The notes under the pieces were generated by a model, which saw only the letters and a list, made by a program, of their open reading frames with translations, ran no database searches and had not been told where the DNA came from. A DNA stretch of 64,000 nt. It comes from Hyphomicrobiales bacterium. GTDB lineage: Bacteria; Pseudomonadota; Alphaproteobacteria; Rhizobiales; TMED25. Below are positions 1-9,452 of this stretch, in pieces; position 1 is the stretch's first letter; every line of letters begins with the position of its first letter. The position numbers and the translations under genes are program-made. The stretch covers positions 384,594 through 448,593 of the forward strand of contig JAYPPX010000001.1 in NCBI GenBank assembly GCA_038131735.1. Direction: 5' to 3'.

Positions 1-380
1 GATATGAGAATGTAGAAAAACACTTGCCTAGTTTTATTGATATCATATCAAAAGAAAATAAGAATGTACTTTGGTCTTGTGATCCAATGCATGGAAATAC
101 CATAAAATCAGAGTCTGGCTTTAAGACGCGTCCTTTTGAATATATAATGAATGAAGTTAGAAATTATATGAAAATTCACAAAGATAAAGGCACATTCCCA
201 GGTGGAATACACGTTGAAATGACTGGAAAAAATGTCACAGAATGTGTTGGTGGAGCTATTTCTATAAGAGATGAAGACCTTTCAAGCCGATATCATACTC
301 ATTGCGATCCTAGGTTAAATGCGGATCAGGCTCTTGAGTTAGCTTTCCTTGTTGCTGATGAATTAAGATCAACACTATAG
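1..380 (+). CDS. DAHP (3-deoxy-7-phosphoheptulonate) synthase, class II, C-terminal part (5' end lies outside the window)
   Basis: The frame is open to the window edge. The C-terminal motifs HGNT, GGIHVEMTG and HTHCDPRLN are typical of class II DAHP synthases. Confidence 0.8.
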   Translation, partial: YENVEKHLPSFIDIISKENKNVLWSCDPMHGNTIKSESGFKTRPFEYIMNEVRNYMKIHKDKGTFPGGIHVEMTGKNVTECVGGAISIRDEDLSSRYHTHCDPRLNADQALELAFLVADELRSTL

Positions 381-395
381 AACTTGATTTTAGAG

Positions 396-2063
396 ATGAT
401 AAAAGATAATCAGATTAACATTGCTCTGGTACAAGAAAATCCAATTGTAGGGAATGTAGAGCATAACTTTAATCTCATTTTAAAGGCCAGAAATGATACA
501 AATAGTGAAAATGCTGATCTAATAGTTTTTTCAGAATTGTTTATGTCCGGTTACCCACCAGAAGACCTAGTGCTGAGGTATTCTTTCCTAGATGAGATCG
601 ATACATATCTAAAGTTGTTAGTTGAAGAAACAAAGAAACCAGGTCCAGCAATTTTAGTTGGTTTACCGGTAAGGGATAAAAATCAAATATTTAATTCAGT
701 GGTGCTAATAGATAATGGTAAAATCATCTCAACTCAGCATAAATGCCATCTACCTAATTATGATGTATTTGACGAAGAAAGAATATTTAATAAGGGTAAC
801 TTGCCTGGCCCAATAAACTTTCGTGGATTGAAAATTGGGGTAGCCATATGTGAAGATATTTGGCACGAGGATGTGGTTGAGTGCCTTGCTGAAACAGGAG
901 CAGAATTACTAATTGTACTTAATGGTTCACCATATAATCGTGAAAAACAAGACCTTCGTACAAATGTAGCTATGCAAAGAGTTGTGGAAAGTGGTCTGGG
1001 GCTGATTTATGTAAACCAGATCGGTGGACAAGATGAGCTTGTTTTTGATGGTGGTTCTTTTGTTATTAACCCAGATTACAGTATGCCAGTAAAGTTACCG
1101 AATTTTGTCTCAAATATTCAAAGTACATTATGGACTAAAGATGATGATAGATGGTTATGCAAAACTGTTGTCCAACAAACTGATACTGAAGAATTAGTAG
1201 ATATATATTCGGCTTGTGTGATTGGACTTAGAGACTATGTTCAAAAAAATAAATTCAAAGAGGTTCTTATTGGTTTATCAGGTGGGATTGACTCAGCAAT
1301 AGTATCGTCTATTGCAGTTGATGCTCTAGGCAGTGAGAACGTGCAATGCGTAATGTTGCCATCAAAGTACACAAGTAAAGAGAGTTTGGCTGATGCTATT
1401 GAATGTGCCCAGAACCTTGGAATTAATCCAGATGAAATATCGATAGAGAAGATGGTTGATGCAGCAGAAGACCAGTTAAACCCATTCTTCGAAGGGACAA
1501 ACAAAGATATCACCGAAGAAAATATTCAATCTAGGATCAGAGCGGTTTTGTTGATGGCATTATCAAACAAATTTAATAAACTTCTACTAACCACAGGAAA
1601 TAAATCAGAAATGGCAGTGGGGTATGCAACGTTATATGGTGATATGTCTGGTGCTTTTAACCCAATCAAGGATGTGTATAAAACCGAAGTATATAAAATT
1701 GCTGAGATGCGTAATAATAATAAACCTGAATTTTGTTTGGGTCCAAAACATGAAGTCATTCCAAAAAATATTATAACAAAGGCCCCAACAGCTGAATTAA
1801 GAGATAATCAAACGGATCAAGACTCTCTTCCTGAGTATGATGTCCTCGATGACATTCTATTCAAACTTATTGAAGAAGAGATATCCGTAAAAGATATTAT
1901 AAAATCAGGGCATGATAAACAATGGGTGACTAAAATACAAAATCTCTTGTACATATCAGAATACAAGAGGAGGCAGGCACCACCAGGGGTAAAAATATCC
2001 AGTAAAAATTTTGGAAAGGACAGAAGATATCCAATTACAAACAATTTTAGAGACAAAAGTTAG
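396..2063 (+). CDS. nadE: Glutamine-dependent NAD+ synthetase (N-terminal CN-hydrolase/nitrilase domain plus NAD synthase domain)
   Basis: The N-terminal domain has FSELFMSGYPPEDL and GVAICEDIWH. The C-terminal ATP-pyrophosphatase domain has the SGGIDS P-loop. I prefer the ATG at 396 over the TTG at 384 used by the ORF track. Confidence 0.9.
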   Translation: MIKDNQINIALVQENPIVGNVEHNFNLILKARNDTNSENADLIVFSELFMSGYPPEDLVLRYSFLDEIDTYLKLLVEETKKPGPAILVGLPVRDKNQIFNSVVLIDNGKIISTQHKCHLPNYDVFDEERIFNKGNLPGPINFRGLKIGVAICEDIWHEDVVECLAETGAELLIVLNGSPYNREKQDLRTNVAMQRVVESGLGLIYVNQIGGQDELVFDGGSFVINPDYSMPVKLPNFVSNIQSTLWTKDDDRWLCKTVVQQTDTEELVDIYSACVIGLRDYVQKNKFKEVLIGLSGGIDSAIVSSIAVDALGSENVQCVMLPSKYTSKESLADAIECAQNLGINPDEISIEKMVDAAEDQLNPFFEGTNKDITEENIQSRIRAVLLMALSNKFNKLLLTTGNKSEMAVGYATLYGDMSGAFNPIKDVYKTEVYKIAEMRNNNKPEFCLGPKHEVIPKNIITKAPTAELRDNQTDQDSLPEYDVLDDILFKLIEEEISVKDIIKSGHDKQWVTKIQNLLYISEYKRRQAPPGVKISSKNFGKDRRYPITNNFRDKS

Positions 2064-2071
2064 AAAATATT

Positions 2072-3421
2072 ATGACAGTCAATAAACTCAGATTTGCTCC
2101 AAGTCCAACCGGTAATTTACATATCGGAAATGCCAGAACATTAATATTGAACTATATATATTCAAAGGCAATTGATGGAAAGTTAATACTAAGGATCGAT
2201 GATACAGATACTGAAAGATCAGAGGAGAGATATTATAAATCTATTCTTAACGATATCGATTGGCTAGAAATAGATATTTTTGATATTAAAAGACAGTCTG
2301 AAAAAACCGAGAAATATCAAGATATTGCAAACAAGCTAATTGAACAGGGCAAGCTTTACCCTTGTTTTGAAACTGATGAAGAGCTAAATCGTGCAAGAAA
2401 ATTAAGTTTATCTCGTGGTCAGCCTCCAATATATGACAGGAGTGCGTTGAACCTGACTGAAGAGCAAAAAAATGAATATAAAACAAATGGTATAAATCCA
2501 TATTGGAGATTTAAACTTGATCGTGAGGTTGTTGAATGGAACGATTTGATTAGGGGTCGCCAAACAATTGATTGTGGATCTTTTTCAGATCCAGTTTTGA
2601 TTAGGGCAGATGGAACGTTCTTATATACATTACCAAGTGTTGTTGATGATATTGATCTAGAAATCACTCATATATTGAGGGGTGAAGATCACGTATCTAA
2701 CACAGCAACACAAATACAGTTATTCAAAACACTCAATGCATCTATCCCAAATTTTGGTCATCACAGTTTAATGGTGCAAAAAGATGGATCGCGTATGTCA
2801 AAAAGATCAGGGTCATTATCGCTCGAGGAAGTTAGAGAAAGCGGCATTGAACCGATTACTCTGATAAATTACTGCGCGCGTATTGGTACATCAGATGCTG
2901 TAGAAGCGTTCCAAACAACCGATGAATTAGTCAAAAACTATGACCTATCAAAAATCTCTCGTTCACCTGCAAGGTTTAGTGTTGAAGAACTAGAAGTGCT
3001 GAACAAAAAGATTATTCAGAATATTCCATTTGAAAGAGCTAGTGATAGATTAGGACAAGATGGAATAACAGGTGAGAATGCTGAAAAATTTTGGAATGTT
3101 ATAAGGACAAATATTAATAATATCCATGAAGCCAAAAAATGGTGGGATATTGTAGGAGATAACCCTATTAATGCTATTGAGAGTGTAAACAAAGAAGTAA
3201 TTACAGCTGCAAAGGAATTATTACCTGAAGATCCTTGGAATGAAAATACATGGTCAGAATGGACAGGTAAAATAGCAGCCGAGACTGGCTTAAAAGGTAA
3301 AGAATTATACTTACCAATAAGAATTGCACTCACCGGCGAGACCTCAGGTCCAGAGCTGGCAACTTTCATACTCTTACTTGGCAAGGATAAAGTCCAAAAA
3401 AGATTAGATAATTATATTTGA
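2072..3421 (+). CDS. gltX: Glutamyl-tRNA synthetase
   Basis: RFAPSPTGNLHIGNAR (HIGH motif) and a KMSKS-like RMSKRSG motif. At 449 aa it is the short alphaproteobacterial-type GluRS. Confidence 0.9.
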   Translation: MTVNKLRFAPSPTGNLHIGNARTLILNYIYSKAIDGKLILRIDDTDTERSEERYYKSILNDIDWLEIDIFDIKRQSEKTEKYQDIANKLIEQGKLYPCFETDEELNRARKLSLSRGQPPIYDRSALNLTEEQKNEYKTNGINPYWRFKLDREVVEWNDLIRGRQTIDCGSFSDPVLIRADGTFLYTLPSVVDDIDLEITHILRGEDHVSNTATQIQLFKTLNASIPNFGHHSLMVQKDGSRMSKRSGSLSLEEVRESGIEPITLINYCARIGTSDAVEAFQTTDELVKNYDLSKISRSPARFSVEELEVLNKKIIQNIPFERASDRLGQDGITGENAEKFWNVIRTNINNIHEAKKWWDIVGDNPINAIESVNKEVITAAKELLPEDPWNENTWSEWTGKIAAETGLKGKELYLPIRIALTGETSGPELATFILLLGKDKVQKRLDNYI

Positions 3422-3446
3422 TTTTCATTTAAATTGATTTATAATC

Positions 3447-3458
3447 GAACGATCGTTC
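3447..3458. promoter_or_regulatory. Perfect 12-bp palindrome GAACGATCGTTC, a candidate TetR operator
   Basis: Read directly from the sequence. It lies 14 nt upstream of the TTG start of the TetR gene, in the 50-nt gltX-tetR spacer. Confidence 0.35.
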
Positions 3459-3471
3459 TAAAGGTGATGGT

Positions 3472-4038
3472 TTGGTAAAAATTGTTTCATATAGAGATTT
3501 AGTAGATAAACTCATTGATATATTCTGTGAATTTGGTTACGACGGGACAAGTCTAACAATATTATCTCAAAAGACAGGACTCGGCAGAGCTAGCCTTTAT
3601 TATCATTTCCCGGGTGGAAAAGAAGAAATGGCTAATGCAGTTTATGAAAAAATCAGTAGAGATTTTACTAAATTAGTATTAGCACCGCTTGCAACGGATC
3701 TTAATTTCCAAACAAAAATAAAAAATATGCTAGAAGGTATAAATCTATTTTATAACAATGGCAAAAGGTCTTGTTTAATAGATGTATTTGCTATTGGATC
3801 AACAAAAGATATTTTTCATAACCAAATTAAGAACGCTGCAATGTATTGGAAGGATTCCCTCATTAAAATTATTGAAGATGAGGGTATTGATAATGCGCGT
3901 GCAGTAGCTATATCGGAGGATATTATTATCTCTATAGAGGGTGCATTGATCTTTACACGCGCCACAGGTGATTACTCGAGTTTTAATAGGACTTTAGAGA
4001 AGATTTTAAATATGATCTCAGTGAATAATTTAAGGTAA
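3472..4038 (+). CDS. TetR/AcrR-family transcriptional regulator
   Basis: The N-terminal HTH GYDGTSLTILSQKTGLGRASLYYHFPGGKEEM matches the TetR_N pattern. The start is TTG, preceded by AAAGGTGA. Confidence 0.85.
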   Translation: MVKIVSYRDLVDKLIDIFCEFGYDGTSLTILSQKTGLGRASLYYHFPGGKEEMANAVYEKISRDFTKLVLAPLATDLNFQTKIKNMLEGINLFYNNGKRSCLIDVFAIGSTKDIFHNQIKNAAMYWKDSLIKIIEDEGIDNARAVAISEDIIISIEGALIFTRATGDYSSFNRTLEKILNMISVNNLR

Positions 4039-4043
4039 TCCGA

Positions 4044-5414
4044 ATGAATTTATACCTATACAATTCTATAACTAAGAAAAAAGATGAATTCATTCCTTTG
4101 GATATCAATAAAATCAGGATGTATGTGTGCGGTCCAACCGTATATGACGAACCACATATAGGTAATGCAAGGCCAGTAATAGTATTTGATCTTCTCTACA
4201 GGATATTAAGAAACTTCTACGGAAATGAGAAAGTAACTTACGTTCGTAACATCACTGATGTAGATGACAAAATAAACAAAATAGCATCAGAAAAATACCC
4301 TGATATTGAAACAAATCTGGCAATTAAGAAGCTAACAACGGATATTGAAAAAAAATTCAAAGATTATGCAAGTAAATTAGAATGTTTGCCTCCGTCAATT
4401 GAACCGCGTGCGACGGAACATATATCTGAAATGATTGAGATCATAGAAGGCCTCATTGATAAAAAATCAGCTTATGTAGCGGATGGACATGTAATATTTG
4501 ACATAAATAAATATGATAAATACGGGAGCTTATCCAATAAATCTCAAAAAGATTTAATAGCTGGTGCAAGAATAGAGGTTGCAAACTACAAAAATAACCC
4601 GCTTGATTTCGTATTATGGAAACCAAGTCAACCAAATGAGCCTTACTGGGATAGTCCATGGGGGAAAGGCAGACCTGGTTGGCATATTGAGTGCTCAGCA
4701 ATGTCATCAAAATATCTAGGGCAAGAATTTGATATTCATGGAGGTGGAATTGATCTGATATTCCCTCATCATGAAAATGAGGTTGCTCAATCATGTTCAT
4801 ATCATTCCAATGAACATATGGCCAAATATTTTGTCCATAATGGAACATTAAACATTGAAGGTAAAAAGATGTCGAAATCACTCGGAAATGTGGTTTCATT
4901 AAACGATATGTTAGATTTATACCACGGTGCAATCCTAAGATTTACCATGTTAAGAACACACTACAGACAACCGATAGATTGGACAAAGAGTAGTTTAGAG
5001 GAGTCTAAGAACATTTTGAAGAAATGGGTATCCGTATCAAACCAAGATAATGTGCAAATTCAAGAGGTACCATCGGAAGTTTATGAAACCCTTTTGGATG
5101 ATATCAATTCACCTCAAGCAATTACGAAAATGCATGGATATTTTTCAAATAAAGAATATGACAAACTCTTTGGAGCATTAAACTTTCTGGGAATTAATAT
5201 TAAAGATTTAAGTCGTTCAATGGCATTAGAGCAAAATAGTAAAAAAGATGCAATTGATGAAACGGAAGTAAACAAACTCATCGAAGAGAGGAATACCGCA
5301 AGAAAGGCAAAGGATTATAAAAAATCCGATGAAATTAGGAATAAACTTGAATTAATGGGAATAAAGCTTCAAGATGATGGAGATAAGTCCACCTGGGAAT
5401 ATATAAATGAGTAA
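4044..5414 (+). CDS. cysS: Cysteinyl-tRNA synthetase
   Basis: CGPTVYDEPHIGNARP (HIGH), KMSKSLGN, and the HIECSAM zinc-site region. Confidence 0.95.
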   Translation: MNLYLYNSITKKKDEFIPLDINKIRMYVCGPTVYDEPHIGNARPVIVFDLLYRILRNFYGNEKVTYVRNITDVDDKINKIASEKYPDIETNLAIKKLTTDIEKKFKDYASKLECLPPSIEPRATEHISEMIEIIEGLIDKKSAYVADGHVIFDINKYDKYGSLSNKSQKDLIAGARIEVANYKNNPLDFVLWKPSQPNEPYWDSPWGKGRPGWHIECSAMSSKYLGQEFDIHGGGIDLIFPHHENEVAQSCSYHSNEHMAKYFVHNGTLNIEGKKMSKSLGNVVSLNDMLDLYHGAILRFTMLRTHYRQPIDWTKSSLEESKNILKKWVSVSNQDNVQIQEVPSEVYETLLDDINSPQAITKMHGYFSNKEYDKLFGALNFLGINIKDLSRSMALEQNSKKDAIDETEVNKLIEERNTARKAKDYKKSDEIRNKLELMGIKLQDDGDKSTWEYINE

Positions 5415-7002
5415 AGAAAAAATATATATATTTGATACGACTCTAAGAGACGGCAACCAAACGCCAGGCGTAGATTTCACTTTGGACGATAAAAACAGAA
5501 TATCAAAGATTCTTGATGATTTGGGAATAGATTATGTTGAAGGTGGATATCCTGGGGCTAATCCAACAGACACAGATTTTTTTAATTCACCACCAAAATT
5601 CAAAAATTCAAAATTTGTTTCATTTGGAATGACAAAAAGACCCGGTCGTTCAGCCTCAAATGATCCTGGATTTAATGAGTTACTATCTTATAAAACGGAC
5701 GCTATTTGTTATGTAGCAAAATCATGGGACTTTCATGTAAGAAAAGCGCTTGGTTGTACGCTTGAAGAAAATATTTCATCAATTAAAGAGTCAGTTAAAG
5801 CTGCTTCTAAATCACATGGTGAAGTCATGGTTGATTGTGAACATTTTTTTGATGGTTACAAAAATAACAGAGAATACGCTACAGAATGCGTAAAGGCAGC
5901 TTATGATTCAGGAGCAAGATGGGTTGTTTTATGTGATACAAATGGTGGTACATTACCTGATGAAGTATCTGAAATTGTCACTGAAATATGCAATGTAATA
6001 CCTGGTAAGAATTTAGGTATCCACGCTCATAATGATACAGGAAATGCTGTAGCCAATAGTCTAGCCGCAATTCAATCCGGTGCGCGTCAAGTGCAAGGTA
6101 CGCTAAACGGTATTGGAGAGAGGTGTGGTAATGCTGATTTAATCACAATCATACCGACCCTTCTTTTAAAAGAGAGATTTAATACTAGCTTTGAAATATC
6201 AGTAACAAATAAAGCTCTTAAAAATATTAGGACAACAAGCCTAATCATCGATGATATCTTGAATAGAGCGCCTGATAAACAATCGCCTTATGTTGGTGAA
6301 AGTGCCTTTGCAACGAAAGCTGGTATTCATGCATCTGCAATCATTAAAGATCCTAAAACCTATGAGCATGTAGAACCTGAATCCATTGGTAATGAGAGAA
6401 AATTATTAATATCCGATCAGGGCGGAAAATCGAATGTTATTTCTGCATTGAAGAAAATGGGTATTAACATACAAAAAGATGATCAAAGAATTACTGAATT
6501 ATTGGAGATTGTTAAAGAGAGGGAGTCAAGAGGTTACACTTATGAAAGTGCGCAGGCATCATTTGAACTATTGGCTTGTGAAATATTTGGCAATTTAAAA
6601 GAATTCTTCAATGTTGAAAGTTTCAGGACTTTAGTGGAAAGACGTATTAATGCTAAAGGTGAACTTATTACTGTATCAGAGGCAACAGTCAAAGTACTCG
6701 TTGATGGCGAACGGTTTATCTCTTCAGGTGAAGGTAACGGTCCTGTAAATGCACTAGATAATGCTATGCGCAGAGATCTTGGAAAATATAATAAATACCT
6801 TAAGAATATGCAGCTCGTTGATTATAAAGTGAGAGTATTGAATGGTGGTACAGGGGCCGTAACCAGAGTTTTGGTAGAGTCATCTGACACAAAAACTAAT
6901 GAGCGGTGGGTTACCATTGGCGTATCTCCCAATATCGTAGATGCATCGTTTCAAGCATTATACGATGCAATTAATTATAAACTTGTTCAGTCTAATATTT
7001 GA
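5407..7002 (+). CDS. cimA: (R)-citramalate synthase / 2-isopropylmalate-synthase-family enzyme (long form with C-terminal regulatory domain)
   Basis: FDTTLRDGNQTPGV, HAHNDTGNAVANSL and GERCGNA. The 531-aa length and N-terminus fit CimA-type enzymes. It overlaps cysS by 8 nt. Confidence 0.75.
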   Translation: MSKEKIYIFDTTLRDGNQTPGVDFTLDDKNRISKILDDLGIDYVEGGYPGANPTDTDFFNSPPKFKNSKFVSFGMTKRPGRSASNDPGFNELLSYKTDAICYVAKSWDFHVRKALGCTLEENISSIKESVKAASKSHGEVMVDCEHFFDGYKNNREYATECVKAAYDSGARWVVLCDTNGGTLPDEVSEIVTEICNVIPGKNLGIHAHNDTGNAVANSLAAIQSGARQVQGTLNGIGERCGNADLITIIPTLLLKERFNTSFEISVTNKALKNIRTTSLIIDDILNRAPDKQSPYVGESAFATKAGIHASAIIKDPKTYEHVEPESIGNERKLLISDQGGKSNVISALKKMGINIQKDDQRITELLEIVKERESRGYTYESAQASFELLACEIFGNLKEFFNVESFRTLVERRINAKGELITVSEATVKVLVDGERFISSGEGNGPVNALDNAMRRDLGKYNKYLKNMQLVDYKVRVLNGGTGAVTRVLVESSDTKTNERWVTIGVSPNIVDASFQALYDAINYKLVQSNI

Positions 7003-7018
7003 TTATAAATCTGAAAAC

Positions 7019-7109
7019 TGGCGGAGGGGAAGGGATTTGAACCCCCGAACGAGTTAACCTCGTTGCCGGCTTTCGAAACCGGTGCTTTCAACCACTCAGC
7101 CACCCCTCC
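7019..7109 (-). tRNA. tRNA-Ser (anticodon CGA), class II with long variable arm, CCA encoded
   Basis: The minus strand reads GGAGGGG-T-GGCTGAGTGGTTGAAAGC-A-CCGGT-TTCGAAA-GCCGG-C-AACGAG-GTTAA-CTCGTT-C-GGGGG-TTCAAAT-CCCTT-CCCCTCC-G-CCA. The acceptor stem has 7 bp. The anticodon loop is U-U-CGA-A-A. Confidence 0.9.
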
Positions 7110-7223
7110 ATAGGATATTAATGTAGTTGATTTATCCAATGTAAGTGTTATCAATTAAAGTAATTTTAATCAATTATTTCTACGTTATTGTCTAATGCAA
7201 TTTTCCAATGGCCTAAAGTTTCA

Positions 7224-8714
7224 ATGATAACAATTCAAGATTTATCAATATCTTTTGATGGTAATCCATTATTCACTGATGTTAATGTCCATTTCAATCA
7301 AAAAGAAAAAATTGGTCTTATAGGAAGAAATGGTTCAGGTAAATCAACATTTCTAAAATTACTTTTAAAGCAATTAGAACCTGATAACGGTGAAGTAAAA
7401 ATTCCAAGAAACTATCAAATTGGTTATCTTGAACAACACATAAAATTTGAGCATAAAACGATTATTGATGAAGTTACAAGTGTTCTACCTGAAGAACGAA
7501 TATATGAAACTTGGAAAGGGGAAAAGATTTTAAATGGACTTGGCTTCTCTGACGAAGAGATGCTACAAGATCCCCATTTATTCTCTGGCGGCTATCAAGT
7601 GAAAGTGAATCTTGCTAAAGTATTACTTCAAGAGCCTAATTTATTACTGCTTGATGAGCCTACAAATTATTTGGATATTCATTCGATTAGATGGCTCAAA
7701 AAATTCCTCAATGACTGGACAGAAGAACTCATACTTATAACCCATGATAGAAATTTTATGGATAGTATAATTACTCATACTCTTAATATCCATCGTGGTA
7801 ATTTTAGGAAATTTCCAGGTAATACAAAAAACATAAAAGAGCAAATCCAGCAGGAAGAAGAAATTTATGAAAAAACTCGGATTAATCAGGAAAAAGAGCG
7901 TGAAAAGACCCAAGCTTGGATCAATAGATTTAAATCAAAAGCTACATTAGCCAGCAGAGCACAATCGAGAGTAAAAATGTTAGAGAAGAAGGAAGTTAAC
8001 AAGAAGCTTGAAACAATTGCTAATCTAGATTTTAAGTTCAACTACCTTAACTATAATAGTAAGCAAAGCCTCATGAATGTTAAAGATCTCAGCTTTGGTT
8101 ACAGTCCCGATAAAATATTAATTAATGACTTATCATTTAATGTTCGAAAGGGTGACAAGATTTGTGTGATTGGAAAAAATGGAAAAGGTAAATCAACTCT
8201 TTTAAAATTACTTTCAAAAGAAATCGATAAATTTGAAGGATCAGTTGGTGTTCATGAGAAAGTGAAAATTGGCTATTTTGGACAAATGAATATTGATAGG
8301 TTAAATGATAAAAAATCAATTTATGAAGAGATACAATCCGTTGACCCATCAATTCCAGAAACTAAAGTGAGAACGATATGCGCTCATATGATGTTTCCTG
8401 GTAAATCATCAAATAAAAAAATTAGTGTACTCTCAGGCGGAGAGAAAAGTCGTGTTACTTTAGGTAGAATCTTATTAAATCCAGTCAACCTACTTTTCTT
8501 AGATGAACCAACAAATCATTTGGACATGGAGTCAACAGAAACACTTATGGAGGCAGTTCAAATTTTCGAAGGTTCAGTAATAATGGTAACCCATGATGAG
8601 TATTTTCTGAAAAAAATTGCAAATAAACTGATAATTTATGATGAAGGTAAAGCCTTCTTTTTCAATGGAGATTATAAAGACTTTCAAAAAAAAATTGGTT
8701 GGAAAGATATATAA
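7224..8714 (+). CDS. ABC-F family ATPase (two ABC domains, no membrane domain; Uup/YheS/EttA-like)
   Basis: There are two Walker A sites (GRNGSGKST, GKNGKGKST) and two signatures (FSGGYQ, LSGGEK). A charged linker (QQEEEIYEKTRINQEKEREK...) joins the domains. I prefer the ATG at 7224 (MITIQDLS...) to the TTG at 7188. Confidence 0.85.
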   Translation: MITIQDLSISFDGNPLFTDVNVHFNQKEKIGLIGRNGSGKSTFLKLLLKQLEPDNGEVKIPRNYQIGYLEQHIKFEHKTIIDEVTSVLPEERIYETWKGEKILNGLGFSDEEMLQDPHLFSGGYQVKVNLAKVLLQEPNLLLLDEPTNYLDIHSIRWLKKFLNDWTEELILITHDRNFMDSIITHTLNIHRGNFRKFPGNTKNIKEQIQQEEEIYEKTRINQEKEREKTQAWINRFKSKATLASRAQSRVKMLEKKEVNKKLETIANLDFKFNYLNYNSKQSLMNVKDLSFGYSPDKILINDLSFNVRKGDKICVIGKNGKGKSTLLKLLSKEIDKFEGSVGVHEKVKIGYFGQMNIDRLNDKKSIYEEIQSVDPSIPETKVRTICAHMMFPGKSSNKKISVLSGGEKSRVTLGRILLNPVNLLFLDEPTNHLDMESTETLMEAVQIFEGSVIMVTHDEYFLKKIANKLIIYDEGKAFFFNGDYKDFQKKIGWKDI

Positions 8715-8744
8715 TTTTCTTTGTTTATACCTTTATTATGTTTG

Positions 8745-8814
8745 AAGTATTTTAAATCTACAAAAGAGTCACACCGTTGCTGGTTTTCAAGACCGGTGCT
8801 TTATATTATTCAGA
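8745..8814 (-). pseudogene. Decayed tRNA-Ser(UGA)-like relic (D-arm, anticodon arm and start of the variable arm recognisable; no foldable acceptor or T arm)
   Basis: The minus strand reads TCTGAATAATATAAAGCACCGGTCTTGAAAACCAGCAACGGTGTGACTC. The intact tRNA-Ser at 7019..7109 reads GCTGAGTGGTTGAAAGCACCGGTTTCGAAAGCCGGCAACGAGGTTAACTC. AAAGCACCGGT and CAACG are identical, and most mismatches are G-to-A or C-to-T. Confidence 0.4.
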
Positions 8815-9360
8815 TTAATAATCAAAGATTTCTAAAATCTCTTGTGACGAAGAGGCAACCTGATAATTAATCTTTTCTAGATTACTTAAAAATTCGCTCT
8901 CATGAAGATGTTCTAGGAGATTTATGTATGGATCCCAAAAATTGTTATAATTTGCCATAACAAGCTTTTTATTATGTTGTTTAAGTTGGTTCCATGTCAA
9001 TACCTCGGTCATTTCATCGAGCGTACCAATACCTCCAGGCAGTGTAACAAATGCATCAGACAACGAATACATTTTCTGTTTTCTTTCATGCATATCCTTT
9101 GTCACTATTACATCATCGATGCCATCAATTATCTCAACATATTTCATGAGGAACTCAGGGATGATTGCTGTGACCTTACCTCCGTTATCTAAAACGGATC
9201 GTGCAATGTGCCCCATTAACCCCTTATTTCCGCCGCCATAAATGATTGAAATGTCATTTTTTACCAATAACCTACCCAGTTCACTAACTTCGTCAAGGAA
9301 GAGGTTATTTGGGTTGAAGGTGCTGCAGAACACACAAACTGTTTTTATTTTTTTATCCAT
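8815..9360 (-). CDS. LOG-family protein (TIGR00730; cytokinin riboside 5'-monophosphate phosphoribohydrolase-like / 'lysine decarboxylase-like')
   Basis: GGGNKGLMG and PGGIGTLDE motifs. I prefer the ATG at 9360 to the TTG at 9366. Confidence 0.85.
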   Translation of the reverse strand: MDKKIKTVCVFCSTFNPNNLFLDEVSELGRLLVKNDISIIYGGGNKGLMGHIARSVLDNGGKVTAIIPEFLMKYVEIIDGIDDVIVTKDMHERKQKMYSLSDAFVTLPGGIGTLDEMTEVLTWNQLKQHNKKLVMANYNNFWDPYINLLEHLHESEFLSNLEKINYQVASSSQEILEIFDY

Positions 9361-9452
9361 AATCAATAGTCAGGGGTGTCTAAAATATAAAATACTTTAA
9401 TTTACTATACATGATATTATAATAGACAGAAATTAACATAAGATATTTTTAA

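Noticed and set aside
8781-8797. A plus-strand stem-loop, CTGGT-TTTCAAG-ACCGG, that looks like an anticodon arm with anticodon UCA (tRNA-Sec-like).
   Set aside because: No acceptor, D or T arms can be built around it on the plus strand. The flanks on the minus strand align far better with tRNA-Ser, so I read it as the complement of a tRNA-Ser(UGA) relic or a weak terminator.
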